64,000 nucleotides of DNA, from contig JBMORE010000053.1 in NCBI GenBank assembly GCA_049322255.1, forward strand, positions 1 to 64,000, given 5' to 3'. Position 1 is the first letter of the stretch. Every line of letters begins with the position of its first letter. This stretch comes from Myxococcota bacterium (GTDB lineage: Bacteria > Myxococcota > Myxococcia > Myxococcales > Myxococcaceae). Below the pieces are notes generated by a model that saw nothing but the letters and a program-made list of their open reading frames with translations, ran no database searches and had not been told where the DNA came from. Shown in pieces: positions 47,194-57,599 of the stretch. A program made the translations under genes and the position numbers.

Positions 47194-48122
47194 ACGAGAC
47201 GAACTGGATTCCCGGCCTGGTGGTGCTGCTCGCCGGCTTGGTGGCGGGGGTAGTGTTCGTCCTCCTGGCGCGCCGGAGCAAACCGACGGCGGCGAGCGAC
47301 GGCGACGCCACCCTGGCTGACCTCGATGAGCGGTACCGTATGCTCCTGGGCCAGCTCAAGGAGCTTTCGGCCGAACGTCACCACCTGGGCGAAGAGCGAT
47401 ACGCCTTGGAGCGCACGCGGCTCGAGCTGGCCGCGGCTGCGGCGCTCAAGGAGAAAGACCACCACCTGCGCGGGGTGCGCCACCAACAGGCCAAGGCGGC
47501 CGCGCGAGCCGAGAAAAGGGAACGGGCACAGCCCGACGAGCCCCAAGGCTTCTTCGCCAAAAATCCGGCGTTCAAGGGCGCGCTGTGGGGCGGCGGCGTG
47601 GTGCTCTTCTTCGTCCTCCTCGGTGTTTTGTTGGGTCAAGAGTCGAAGACCCGCGTCGACGAGATGCCAAGCTCGATGAAGCCTCCGAGCGAGGCGCCTC
47701 AAGAAGACCTGCGTTTCCAGGGGGCGCTCGAGCGGTTGAACAGCGCTCCGGACGATCTCGGAACCCTCGCCGAGGTGTCGCACGAGCTCATCCGCCGACA
47801 GCAGTTCGACGAAGCGCAACGGCTCAACGAGCGCGCGGCGGGCCTCGACCCTTTTCACCTCGAGACTCGCATTCACCGCGCCGTGCTCCGGGCGGTGCAG
47901 GGAGAGGGCGGGCGTGCCATGGCCGAGCTCGAGCACCTGGCGGTCACCTACCCCGACGCGCACGAGGCGCTGCTCTTCGCCGGCGCGTTGGCGATGCAGC
48001 TGGGCGACAAAGAGCGGGCGCTGACGCACCTCGAGCGCTTTCTCGTCGAGGCGCCACCGGGAGAGCAACCGCCGATGCTCGCGAACAGCGTGGCGCAGCT
48101 GCGCGCCGAGCTACGAAAGTAG
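47190..48122 (+). CDS. ccmI: CcmI/CycH TPR protein
   Basis: TM-coil-TM N-terminus plus TPR-like C-terminus; operon position. Confidence 0.8.
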   Translation: MNETNWIPGLVVLLAGLVAGVVFVLLARRSKPTAASDGDATLADLDERYRMLLGQLKELSAERHHLGEERYALERTRLELAAAAALKEKDHHLRGVRHQQAKAAARAEKRERAQPDEPQGFFAKNPAFKGALWGGGVVLFFVLLGVLLGQESKTRVDEMPSSMKPPSEAPQEDLRFQGALERLNSAPDDLGTLAEVSHELIRRQQFDEAQRLNERAAGLDPFHLETRIHRAVLRAVQGEGGRAMAELEHLAVTYPDAHEALLFAGALAMQLGDKERALTHLERFLVEAPPGEQPPMLANSVAQLRAELRK

Positions 48123-48140
48123 CCCGCGAAGGAGCGGCTC

Positions 48141-49361
48141 CTAAGGGCCCTTTCGGCGGCGCACCCGTCGAATCGCCTCCACCACAGGAGCAGGCAGCGC
48201 GCGTTTGGCGATCGTCCGAAACAGCTCGCTCGACTCCTCTTGCCGAGAAAGCCAAGCACCCTTGCCGTCACGCGCGTGAATACGCAACGCGACTGTCTTG
48301 CGCACCTGGGTCGTCCAGTCTGCCTTGTAGGCTTCGGTGCCGCGGAGGAAATCGAGCTCCCGCAGCCCGGCAGCCAGCGCGGCGCGAAAGGTTTCACCCA
48401 CCAACACCAGCCCCACGCTCTTGCCTCGCCACGCGGGGTCATAGCCCGACTGGTAGTAGATGAACTTGTCCCGGTGAACGAGGCCGTACACGCTCGCCAG
48501 CGGCTGACCGTCGACCCTCAAGGTGAAAAAGCACACCTGCCCTCGTTCGGCGAGAAGCGCGGCGGCATCTCGGTGAAAGGCCTCCACCGCGGGGCCGCGA
48601 ATGCCCGACGAGCCCCCATCGCGCGCCCAGCGCAGCCTGTGCAAGCGAAAGAAGTCGGTCATCGGCCGCACCAAGGCACCTGGCTCCTCGACCCGTTCGA
48701 TGACGAACCCCGCCTGCTTTTCGAGCCATCTTTTCCGCCGCAGGTAATTGTCCCTGCGCGCGGTACGGCGCAAGAAAACGTCGAAGGGCTCACCGGCGGC
48801 GAACCGCTCGAAGGGACACGTGCAACGCTCGCGCAGGCTGAACTGGAAGCGGGTCTGGTCACACGCACGGTGCAGCGCGCGCACGGTGTGCGAGCCCATC
48901 TCCATGTCCGAGAGCTCGAGCACGTCCCACCCACCGTGGGCGTCGAAGATCGCCTCCACGAAAGCGCGGGTCACCTCTTCTTCCAGTCCCTCCCGCGCAA
49001 CGACGTCGAGGTAGTCGCTCCCCACGTGGGTGTCGCCGAGGAAGCCCAAGCGCCGCAGCTGTCGGCCGCCTGCCTTCACCGTGGACAGGCACAGCGGCAT
49101 CACCCCCACCAGGGCACCCCGCTCGTCGCGGGCGGTGAGAATCAAAAGCTCCACCGTTGGCCCCACGCGCCGGTACCAGGGATAGAGCCACTCCCAGCTG
49201 TTGAACAGCCCAGCGCGGCTGTTGTCGAGGAGCGCGTCCCACTCCGTCTTGAGGGTCGCGAAGGCGTACCCGTCTCTGACCGAGCGCACGGCGAGGCGCG
49301 TTGCCGGCGAGGGGTTTTGGCCAGGTTCCCCTTCGAGGAAAATGGTTGATGCGCTTTGCAC
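48141..49361 (-). CDS. exoI: GNAT (CelD/BcsL-like) acetyltransferase, ExoI-like
   Basis: FNSWEWL, SDYLD, YYQSGYDP, LDFLRG.EAYK..W. Confidence 0.85.
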   Translation of the reverse strand: MQSASTIFLEGEPGQNPSPATRLAVRSVRDGYAFATLKTEWDALLDNSRAGLFNSWEWLYPWYRRVGPTVELLILTARDERGALVGVMPLCLSTVKAGGRQLRRLGFLGDTHVGSDYLDVVAREGLEEEVTRAFVEAIFDAHGGWDVLELSDMEMGSHTVRALHRACDQTRFQFSLRERCTCPFERFAAGEPFDVFLRRTARRDNYLRRKRWLEKQAGFVIERVEEPGALVRPMTDFFRLHRLRWARDGGSSGIRGPAVEAFHRDAAALLAERGQVCFFTLRVDGQPLASVYGLVHRDKFIYYQSGYDPAWRGKSVGLVLVGETFRAALAAGLRELDFLRGTEAYKADWTTQVRKTVALRIHARDGKGAWLSRQEESSELFRTIAKRALPAPVVEAIRRVRRRKGP

Positions 49362-49373
49362 AGATCCTCCTCT

Positions 49374-50555
49374 TCACCGGTGGGGAGCTCCGAAGCTTCG
49401 CCACGGCGAGGCCGTGCGCCGATCGCTCACCGCGTCTTTCACCGCCGAGGCCACCTTGTCCATCGCCTCGGGGCTCAAGTCCTGATGGCAGGGAATCTCC
49501 AGCACTTCTCGGCGCAAGGCGGCAGCCTCGGGAAAGCGCGAGGCGTCGCACGCCGGATGGAAGTGGCGCCAAAAATCGACGCTCTCGATGCCCTGGGCAC
49601 GCAGGCGGGCCATCACCTCGGCCTTGTCGCGAACACGCAGCGGGAAGAAGAGCGGACAGACGCCGGCAGGTAGCTCGTGGAAGAGCGCCGGTGCCACCTC
49701 TCGCAGGCGGCCCATGAGGAAGAAATAGTTACGCCGCCGGGTCTCGATGATGCCGGCGAGGTTCTGCGCGTGGGCGATGCGCATCGTCAACGGGCTGATG
49801 CCCAAGTCCACGTGGGCGCGGTCGAAGTGCTGGGTGCCGGTGGCCACGCGCTCGACGCCGCTGGCGCCCACCACACGTCGGCCGAGCAATCGAACGGCGG
49901 CTCTCACCTTCTGTCCCCACGCGCCTGCGCGCAGCTCGAGGTTCTGCAACAGCGACGAGGCGAGGTGGCTGGCCGTCGACGTCCAGGGCGGCCGGGGAAG
50001 GACGGGCAAGCCGAACCCGCGGCGGTTGGTCACCAGTGCGCCACCATGCGGCACAGGCAGGGTCTTGTACAAACAGAACACCGCCATGTCGCCCGTCGAC
50101 CCCAAGGGGCGTTCTCCGTCGGAGGAGAGCAAGGACAAGGCACAGTCCTCGATGAGCGGCAATCGGTGGCGATCGGCCAGGCTTCGCATCGCCTCCGCCG
50201 GTCCAGGGAAGCCCGCGTAGTGGATGAGGTAGAGCGCCCGGGTGCGCGGGCCGATTCTTCGCTCGACGTCCTCCACATCAACGTCCCACCGGGAGCCCAC
50301 TCTGTAGAAGACGGGCACGGCGCCCGCATCAGCGAGCGCTTCAATTTCCACTCCGTGGTGGTAGGCGGGAACGAGCACCTCGCCGCCCTCGAGGCCGAAA
50401 AGCTTCACCGACAGCCACACCGCGTTGCGGGCGAAGTACACGAAACGAGCACCCGGCGCACAGAACGGTAGCAGCCCCGGCGGCGCTCCCTGCTGCCAGA
50501 GCATGTGCGGCCACAGCGTCGGCAGCGCGGGGATGAAATCCCTCGACCCGCTCAT
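49374..50555 (-). CDS. exoH: DegT/DnrJ-family sugar aminotransferase, ExoH-like
   Basis: LIHYAGFP, IEDCA, FCLYKTLP, LEIPCHQ. Confidence 0.88.
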   Translation of the reverse strand: MSGSRDFIPALPTLWPHMLWQQGAPPGLLPFCAPGARFVYFARNAVWLSVKLFGLEGGEVLVPAYHHGVEIEALADAGAVPVFYRVGSRWDVDVEDVERRIGPRTRALYLIHYAGFPGPAEAMRSLADRHRLPLIEDCALSLLSSDGERPLGSTGDMAVFCLYKTLPVPHGGALVTNRRGFGLPVLPRPPWTSTASHLASSLLQNLELRAGAWGQKVRAAVRLLGRRVVGASGVERVATGTQHFDRAHVDLGISPLTMRIAHAQNLAGIIETRRRNYFFLMGRLREVAPALFHELPAGVCPLFFPLRVRDKAEVMARLRAQGIESVDFWRHFHPACDASRFPEAAALRREVLEIPCHQDLSPEAMDKVASAVKDAVSDRRTASPWRSFGAPHR

Positions 50556-51673
50556 GGCTTCCTCCAGCGCGCCACCACTCGCTTCGCCGCCGGCACCCAG
50601 CGGAACTTCGCCTGTGCGAGCGCGCGCCCCAGCGGCGTGTCCCGGAAGACGTACAGCCACGCGTGCGGGCGAACGCGCCCGGTCCAGTCACGCTTCCACA
50701 CCATGTCCGGGCCGAGGAAGTCGAGCTCGAAAAGGCCACGGGCGATGCAGTCGGCGGCGACGTTCTCCATCAACAGCTGGCCTGGGCTGCAGTCGGAGAG
50801 CGCCTCGTCGTAGCCCGGTTTGAGCAACAGGTAACGCCCTTGGTGCTCGAGCGCGAAGTGGAAGGCCACCGCACGCCGATCGAGCCTCAAGAAAGACAAG
50901 GAGAGCCGGCCGGCGTGTTGCGCGGCGCGCGCCAGCTCGCTGTAGAAGCCACGGGTCGCCTCGGCCTGAGCCATCGCCGTGCCGTTCTCGCCCTTCCAGC
51001 CGCTCTGCTCGAGAAGGAAGCCCTCCTCGAGACGGGCCTCGAGCGCGTCACCGCCACGCACCTTCTCGAACTCCACCCGCCCCTTTTCCTCGAGCTTGCG
51101 GCGGCGACGACGACAATTGGCCTTGAACTTGTTGTGCAGGCGCGCGGCGAGCGCCTCGTACGTCGAGGGTAGCTCGACATACGGCGAATTCAGCGAGGGC
51201 CACCTTCCCACCGGCAACCCCAGCTCATGGGCGGCCTCGTGCATGCTCCAGCCCGCTCCGGCCTCGGGGAGGTCGGTCAACATGAGCACGTCCCACGATC
51301 GATCGGCGCGCAGGTAGCTCATCAGCTCGCGTGCCACCTCCACCGGCGCGCGCGCGAGCAAGTCGAAGCGACAGGAGTGGGCATTGGCGGTGGAGGCGAG
51401 CTTGCGCACCGGCACTCCGAAAAGGAAGTCGCGCCCCTCGTACAGCGGCAGCGCACCCACCAGCGTGCCCGCGCGGTCACGCACCAGAAGCACCCTCAAC
51501 CGTCCGGCGGGAATGAAGTTGTCGATCCAGATGCGCAAGAGGTCGTGGTGATAGAAGAGCTGGTCGTCGCACCCTTGCACGAGCGCCTCCCACTCTGGGC
51601 CGAGGGCGACGAAGCCCGCGCGGTCGTTCACTTCGGAGACGGTCAACGGGGTTTCCAGCGGCCGCGCCTCCAT
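50552..51673 (-). CDS. exoG: GNAT acetyltransferase, ExoG-like
   Basis: SGWKG, LKPGYDE..SPG, LDFLG..WKRDW. Confidence 0.85.
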   Translation of the reverse strand: MEARPLETPLTVSEVNDRAGFVALGPEWEALVQGCDDQLFYHHDLLRIWIDNFIPAGRLRVLLVRDRAGTLVGALPLYEGRDFLFGVPVRKLASTANAHSCRFDLLARAPVEVARELMSYLRADRSWDVLMLTDLPEAGAGWSMHEAAHELGLPVGRWPSLNSPYVELPSTYEALAARLHNKFKANCRRRRRKLEEKGRVEFEKVRGGDALEARLEEGFLLEQSGWKGENGTAMAQAEATRGFYSELARAAQHAGRLSLSFLRLDRRAVAFHFALEHQGRYLLLKPGYDEALSDCSPGQLLMENVAADCIARGLFELDFLGPDMVWKRDWTGRVRPHAWLYVFRDTPLGRALAQAKFRWVPAAKRVVARWRKP

Positions 51674-51683
51674 CGTCTTCTCC

Positions 51684-52751
51684 TCACACACCCACGCGCG
51701 CCAGCTTGAGCAGGCAGCGAGCTACCTTCCTGCCGTCGTGACGAATGCGCGGACCGGTCTTGAGCAGATCAGCCTCCACCGGAATGACCCCCACCTGTAA
51801 GAGAGCAGCCCGTTCACCGACCACCGGCTGAGCGCCCCGGTGGATGTAGCGGGCCAAAAGCTCGGGAGAGGCCAGTGAACAGTTGCACAAGACGACGTCC
51901 AGGACCGGCCCAGCGTGTTCGACAATCGCCCGCACGTGGTCGGCGCAGCTCATCCCGTCGGTTTCCCCTGGTTGGGTCATCAAGTTGGAAACGAGCACTT
52001 TGAGGCCCCTCGATGAGCGCAGCGCCGCGGCGACGCCGGACACCAAGAGATTCGGCAGCACGCTGGAATAGAGCGACCCCGGACCGATGGCGATGAGGTC
52101 TGCCTCGGCGATCGCCTGGAGAATGCCGTCGACCGGAGGTGGCGCACGCGGCAGAAGCTCCACCCGCACGACTCGTCCCCGCCCACGTGCCAGATGGCGC
52201 TCACCCACCACCACCGAGTCGTCGTCTCGCTGAGCCAAGAGCTGTACCGGCGCCAAGGTGCAGGGCAGCACCTTCCCGCGCGCCTCCAAGAGTTGCTCCG
52301 CCAGCCGTACCGCCTCGAGGAAGTCGCCCTTGAGCTCGGCGAGCGCAGCCAAAAGCAGGTTCCCCACCGCGTGACCGCCCAGCCCCCGTTCGCCTCCAAA
52401 GCGGTATTGAAAGACGTCGCGCAGAGTGTTTTTCGCTCTCGCGAGCGCCACCAGACAGTTGCGCACGTCTCCGGGGGGCAGCATTCCCCGCGTGCGCCGA
52501 AGCCTGCCCGAGCTGCCGCCATCGTCGCTCATCGCCACCACCGCGGTGAGCGCCACGCCAGGGTCGACGTCGCTTGCGGCGGTCTTCCCCGCAAGCCCCC
52601 GCAGCACCACCGGCAGCCCGGTTCCTCCTCCCATGCACACGATGCGGGTCGGCCGCTGGGCCGACGGACGCAAAAGCTCGTTCTTTCCCTCCCCGCGGCG
52701 CGCCCGCCCGCCGTACTCCCTTTCCAACGAGGGCCGAACCATCGAGCTCAT
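51684..52751 (-). CDS. exoF: YvcK/GlmR (UPF0052) protein, ExoF-like
   Basis: GGGTGL, DDGGSSGRLR, PPGDVRNC, GPGSLYSS, NLMTQPGET. Confidence 0.9.
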   Translation of the reverse strand: MSSMVRPSLEREYGGRARRGEGKNELLRPSAQRPTRIVCMGGGTGLPVVLRGLAGKTAASDVDPGVALTAVVAMSDDGGSSGRLRRTRGMLPPGDVRNCLVALARAKNTLRDVFQYRFGGERGLGGHAVGNLLLAALAELKGDFLEAVRLAEQLLEARGKVLPCTLAPVQLLAQRDDDSVVVGERHLARGRGRVVRVELLPRAPPPVDGILQAIAEADLIAIGPGSLYSSVLPNLLVSGVAAALRSSRGLKVLVSNLMTQPGETDGMSCADHVRAIVEHAGPVLDVVLCNCSLASPELLARYIHRGAQPVVGERAALLQVGVIPVEADLLKTGPRIRHDGRKVARCLLKLARVGV

Positions 52752-52829
52752 CGTCCATCCGCCTCCGCCACCCAAGACCTGCAATGGCCGCGCCCATGGT
52801 TTTCCCCACGTTTTGTCTCGCAGTCCTCC

Positions 52830-54233
52830 CTAGCGGGCGCCGCGGCCCAGCAGAACGTGACGCACGGTGTGAAAGATGATCGCCAGATCGAGCAGGAGCG
52901 TGCCGTTCTTGACGTAATAGAGGTCGAGCTCCAGCTTGCGCCGCGCGTCCTCCACCGAAGCACCGTAGGGATAGCGGATTTGCGCCCAGCCGGTGATGCC
53001 GGGCTTGACCGCTTCGCGCAGCGTGTAGAACGGCACCTCACGCTCGATCTGTCGCACGAAGACCGGGCGCTCGGGCCTGGGGCCGACGAAGCTCATGTCG
53101 CCGGCGAGCACGTTGAAAATCTGGGGCAGCTCATCGAGCCTCGCCTGACGCAACCAGCGCCCCACCCGCGTCACCCGGTCGTCGTCTGGACGCGCCCACA
53201 CCGCGCCATCCTTCTCGGCGTCGACACGCATGCTGCGAAATTTCCACAGCCGAAATCCCCGCCCGCCCTGCCCCACCCGCTCCTGGCAGTAGAAAATCGG
53301 CCCGCGCGAGTCGAGCTTCACCAGCACCGCCACCACCACCATGACCGGAAGGGTACACAGCGCCACCACCGACGCCACGGCGATGTCGAAGGCGCGCTTG
53401 AAGAAGCGTCTCGTCCGCGTCACCACCCATTCGTCGGCGTAGGCCAACTCGGCCGCCATCAGCTGCCCGACCGGAAGCCGCCGCAGCACACGTTCGATGA
53501 ATCCGGCAACGTCGTAGACCCTTCGCCCGCGCAAACGACACTCCAACAGCGCGTCACCCGCGGGGTCTTGCAGCTCGTCGTTCGGGTCGGCCACCCGCAC
53601 CACCACGTCGGCCCCGAGGCTTGCCGCCATCTCGTCGAGCGAGAGCACCTCGCTGGCACCGGCGACAGCCCCCGGTTGGCTGTAGCGCTGGCGTACGCGG
53701 ACGGCACCAGGGTCGACGACTCCGCGGATCTCGTACGCGTGCCCAGCTGCCTGCTTCAATTCGTCGGAAAGAGCACGAACGCGCTCGCCGTTGCCTACCA
53801 GGAGCACTCGGCTGGGGTGGCCCCAAAGCGCCTGCGCCGCCGCGCGAATCGCCAAGCTGCCCAAGAGCGCTCCCAAACCGCCGCCGAGCACCGCGCCCCG
53901 GGGGAGTGCTCCCGCCGGAGCGGCAAGGGTCGCGATCGCCATCACCGCCGCCGCCAGACCGCAGGCGCGAATCGCTTTGAGGCACTTTTTGCGGTCTTCG
54001 CGCGCCACCTCGAAGTCGTAGAGGTCGAAGAGGTACAGGCTGTAGGAGAGCGCGGTGGTAAAACCCGCCGCCAGGATCAAGAAGGCCAGCGGTGACCACG
54101 GTTGAGCGGCCGGGGCGAGCGTGATGCCGAAGGCAACCGCCCCCACGGTGCAGCCCAGAGCCACCGCCGCCGCCTCGGCGAGAAAGACGAGGGCCTTCCT
54201 CGCCGAGAAGTAGTGGCGAAACAGACGCAGCAT
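52830..54233 (-). CDS. exoE: Priming polyprenyl-phosphate hexose-1-P transferase, ExoE-like
   Basis: KRAFD, KFRSM, LDELPQ, MSFVGPRPE, KPGITGWAQ, DLYY. Confidence 0.93.
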   Translation of the reverse strand: MLRLFRHYFSARKALVFLAEAAAVALGCTVGAVAFGITLAPAAQPWSPLAFLILAAGFTTALSYSLYLFDLYDFEVAREDRKKCLKAIRACGLAAAVMAIATLAAPAGALPRGAVLGGGLGALLGSLAIRAAAQALWGHPSRVLLVGNGERVRALSDELKQAAGHAYEIRGVVDPGAVRVRQRYSQPGAVAGASEVLSLDEMAASLGADVVVRVADPNDELQDPAGDALLECRLRGRRVYDVAGFIERVLRRLPVGQLMAAELAYADEWVVTRTRRFFKRAFDIAVASVVALCTLPVMVVVAVLVKLDSRGPIFYCQERVGQGGRGFRLWKFRSMRVDAEKDGAVWARPDDDRVTRVGRWLRQARLDELPQIFNVLAGDMSFVGPRPERPVFVRQIEREVPFYTLREAVKPGITGWAQIRYPYGASVEDARRKLELDLYYVKNGTLLLDLAIIFHTVRHVLLGRGAR

Positions 54234-54240
54234 GCAAAGG

Positions 54241-54972
54241 CTACCTGGAGTAGCTGCGCAGATAGGGAATGGCGGACGGCTCGGTGCCATTGAGCACGCA
54301 CCCCACCAAGGGAGAGCCGTGCAGCTGGTCGATCGCCTGGCTGATGCAGCGATGGGGGGTGACATTCGCCCGCACCACCAGCACCACCCCGTCCGCCTGC
54401 GACCCGAGGATGTTGGCGTCGGCGAAAGGAAGCGTCGGAGGCAAGTCGAGATAGACCTCGTCGAACCGCTGCCGCATCACCTCGAGAAACTGGCGCATGC
54501 GCGCGCTGGCCAAAAGCTGGGTCGGCTCCTCGGGCGTCGCCCCCGCCGGCACCACCGCCAGCCGCGTCGAGCGGAAGCGGCGCAGCGTGTCCTTGACCTC
54601 GCACTCCTCGGCGATGAGCTCGGCCAGGCCCGGGTGAGCCTTGATGCCCAGGTAGGCAGCCACCTGGCTGCGCCGCAGATCGGCGTCGACGAGGAGAATG
54701 CGCCGCTCCGGGTTCGCCCGTGCCGATACCAGCGCCAGGTTCACCACCGTCACCGTCTTGCCTTCGCCCGGCATCGCCGAGGTGAAGGCGACCATCTTCA
54801 TCGGCCGCAGCTGACGCATGCGCTCCAGCCGGTAGTAGAGCGTGCGGTACTGCTCGGCTGCCCGAGAGGCCGGCGCGGTGAGCGACACCACGTGCCGGTT
54901 CACCCCCTCCGACGCGCCCGTCCCGTCGTCCACTCTTGGTAGGAAGTTGTCCGCCTTCTCTAGATCGTTCAT
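54241..54972 (-). CDS. exoD: BY tyrosine kinase (CpsD/CapB), ExoD-like
   Basis: TSAMPGEGKT, LLVDADLRR, LDLPP. Confidence 0.93.
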   Translation of the reverse strand: MNDLEKADNFLPRVDDGTGASEGVNRHVVSLTAPASRAAEQYRTLYYRLERMRQLRPMKMVAFTSAMPGEGKTVTVVNLALVSARANPERRILLVDADLRRSQVAAYLGIKAHPGLAELIAEECEVKDTLRRFRSTRLAVVPAGATPEEPTQLLASARMRQFLEVMRQRFDEVYLDLPPTLPFADANILGSQADGVVLVVRANVTPHRCISQAIDQLHGSPLVGCVLNGTEPSAIPYLRSYSR

Positions 54973-55005
54973 CTGCCTCCTCCTCCCCCGCCCATCACGG
55001 CATCG

Positions 55006-56406
55006 CTAGTTGATCGTCCTCGGACCCGGCCGAAGCCCCCGCTCCGGCAGGAGCACCCGCCGCTCGGTCTTGGCACCCAGCTGGGGCACCACCGCCAAGA
55101 GGGGCACCGGCAGCCGTTGCCGCAGCTCATGACTGTTGCGAATGCTGTCGTCGCGCAGCTCCAGCACCACCGCGGTGAGCACGGACAGGGCGAGCGCCAA
55201 AAGGAACGCGATCGCCAAGCCGCCCACGCGATCCGGCTTGGCCGGGAACGGCGGCGCGCTCGCCGGCGACGCGACGTTGAACATCGTCTTCGCCGTCTTC
55301 GCCTCCAGCTCCTGGGCCAGCTCGGCCTCGACTTTGCGCGAGACCACCGACTGGTACTTGGCGCGGGTGATCTCGTAATCGCGCTGCATCACCGACAGCT
55401 CGTGCGTCCACCGCGGTGTGTTGTCGAGCCGCTGTTGAAAGGTGTCAGCCTTCTTCTGCAGCTCGGCGATGTCCCGCTCGATCTGCTCGACCAGCGCTGC
55501 GGCGCGAATGCGCTCGTTGCGCTCGGCGACCTCGCGGCCTTCGGCCACTTTGCGGCGGGCGGTGAGGTCGTCGAGCTCGCGCTCGAGCCGCCTGACCTCC
55601 GGGTGGTCTTCCGTCCAGGTGGTGCGGGCGGCCACCAGGTCGCGGGTCAACGCGTCCTCGGCAGCCTTGAGTCGCCCCGCTTCGGTGTCTGCCGCCAGCC
55701 GGGCGCGCACCAGCTCGCTGCGGCGCGACTCGGCCACCCGCATCTCTTCGCTCTTGGTGGCGACGAGGGCGCTCATTCGTTCGAGCGAGCGCATGTTGGT
55801 CTCGATCTGCTCGGGCAGCTCGCCCATGTGGTCGATCTTGAACTGGGCCATACGCTGCTCCCAGCCGCTCACCGCCTTTTGGAGCGTGGCGATCTCGTCG
55901 GCGAACAACGCGGTGGCCCGCGCTGCTTGCGCCAGCCTCAATTTCGCCGTCTCCTCGGCGAACAGCTCGGGCAGCCGGTTGGCCACCGCGGCGGCCACCT
56001 TGGGGTCTTCGTGCTGGTAGGTCAGCTCGAAGGCCGCCTCTCCCTCGACCTTGACCTCGAGCTGTTTGCGCAGCGTCACCACCGCCACGTCAATGCCCTT
56101 CTTGGCCACCACCTCGGGGTAGAGGGAAAGCTCCTCGATGGCCCGCTGCAGCACCGGCCGGGAGAGCAGCTCCTGCCGCACGGTGAGCAGCCGCTGCTCG
56201 ATGCGCTCGCTCAACGTGGGTTGCACCATCTCCGCCGCCGGGCGTTGCGGTTCGACGCGCACCACCACCGTCGCCTCGTACAGGCTCGGCTGGAGCATCA
56301 CGATCGCCGCCCCGACGGCGAACACCGTGCCGGCGATGGCGCCGACAAGGAGCTTGCGCCGCCACAGCGCCGCCACCACCTGGTCCGCCGTCATCCCTCG
56401 CTCCAT
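55006..56406 (-). CDS. exoC: Polysaccharide co-polymerase (Wzc/GumC N-part), ExoC-like
   Basis: Two TM helices, coiled coil, WTEDHPEV, PxxPxKP motif. Confidence 0.9.
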   Translation of the reverse strand: MERGMTADQVVAALWRRKLLVGAIAGTVFAVGAAIVMLQPSLYEATVVVRVEPQRPAAEMVQPTLSERIEQRLLTVRQELLSRPVLQRAIEELSLYPEVVAKKGIDVAVVTLRKQLEVKVEGEAAFELTYQHEDPKVAAAVANRLPELFAEETAKLRLAQAARATALFADEIATLQKAVSGWEQRMAQFKIDHMGELPEQIETNMRSLERMSALVATKSEEMRVAESRRSELVRARLAADTEAGRLKAAEDALTRDLVAARTTWTEDHPEVRRLERELDDLTARRKVAEGREVAERNERIRAAALVEQIERDIAELQKKADTFQQRLDNTPRWTHELSVMQRDYEITRAKYQSVVSRKVEAELAQELEAKTAKTMFNVASPASAPPFPAKPDRVGGLAIAFLLALALSVLTAVVLELRDDSIRNSHELRQRLPVPLLAVVPQLGAKTERRVLLPERGLRPGPRTIN

Positions 56407-56431
56407 CTGCTCCTCCTTGTCCTTTCGATGC

Positions 56432-57565
56432 CTAGAAGGGCGTCACCGAGAGCCGTGCGCCCACGATGTTGCGGGTCAGCTCTCCTCCCTCGACGCCTCC
56501 ACCGACCTGCGAGAAGCGGTCGAACGAGGCGCCCAGCGAAAGCGTCGAATGGAGCTGCCACTCCACTCCGGCGGCGAGCGTGTAGCCCTCGTAGGTCGAG
56601 GGCACGGGCGGGCCGAAGGGATTGAGACCCAGGTGGGGAGCGCGCCCGTTTCGAAAATAGCTGACGGCGCCGAACAGGTTCAGCCGCGCCGCCGGTCGCC
56701 AGCCAGCCACTCCTTGCGCGTACTGGGCCCACAGCGCCGACCCGAAGCCGCTCGCACCTACCAGCTCCTGCCCGGCAGTCAGGGTGAGGTCGACGAAGCG
56801 GCCGTCGCGCCCAAGCTCCAGCGCCACCTGGGGAAGCGCGCCGCGTTCCGCCACGTCAGCGCCCGAAAAATAGGTGGGCCCACCGCGCACGGCCACGCGT
56901 GTCTGGCGGCTGACGCGGTAGAGGAAGGTGGCCAGCGCCGAGTGGGCCTGTGCTGTGCTGGCGGCGTCGGCGAAGTACTGGTAGCGGTAAGCGGCCCCGA
57001 CTCGGGCGCGCGCGAAGAGGGCGTACGAGGCTTCCACCGAAGGGCCGTGCATCCACCCGGAACGGCCCACCTCGTCGTAGACGCGCGCGCCCTCGAAGCG
57101 GTACTGGCCCAAGAGGGCCCACCGCCGCGCCGGGGTGAGCTCGCCCTCCGCCAGGGCACGGGCATACAAGATGGGCGAAAGTGAACGGGCCACCCCGAAG
57201 CGGGGCAGGGAGGTCGGGTCGGACACCCGCCACAGCTCGACCCGGCTGCCGATCGACGTTTGGCGCGACAGCCGCTTGCGCGCCTCGAGCTCACCCCGGT
57301 GATCGACCTTCACCGAGCCCGAGCCGTGGTGCAGCAAGAGGTCGGCGGCATACCAACTCTTGGCGACGAGCGTGGGCGCTTTGAGGTCGAGCCCCAGTCG
57401 TGAGGTGAGGCGGGTCCTCAGCTGGCCGGCGGTGCTGCCGCTTTGGCGCAAGAGCTCGTCGTCGTCGTAGCGCTCCTCGGCGACGAGGCCGAGCCGGGGG
57501 GTGAGCGAGGCGGCAGCCAAGCCGGTATGGCTCACCAACCACAACGCCATGCAGATTCCGCGCAT
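56432..57565 (-). CDS. exoB: Outer-membrane beta-barrel, ExoB-like
   Basis: Signal peptide, amphipathic strands, C-terminal Phe; adjacent to a short OPX gene. Confidence 0.8.
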   Translation of the reverse strand: MRGICMALWLVSHTGLAAASLTPRLGLVAEERYDDDELLRQSGSTAGQLRTRLTSRLGLDLKAPTLVAKSWYAADLLLHHGSGSVKVDHRGELEARKRLSRQTSIGSRVELWRVSDPTSLPRFGVARSLSPILYARALAEGELTPARRWALLGQYRFEGARVYDEVGRSGWMHGPSVEASYALFARARVGAAYRYQYFADAASTAQAHSALATFLYRVSRQTRVAVRGGPTYFSGADVAERGALPQVALELGRDGRFVDLTLTAGQELVGASGFGSALWAQYAQGVAGWRPAARLNLFGAVSYFRNGRAPHLGLNPFGPPVPSTYEGYTLAAGVEWQLHSTLSLGASFDRFSQVGGGVEGGELTRNIVGARLSVTPF

Positions 57566-57599
57566 CTGCCCTCGCCGTCCTCGCCCGACCACCGCCCCG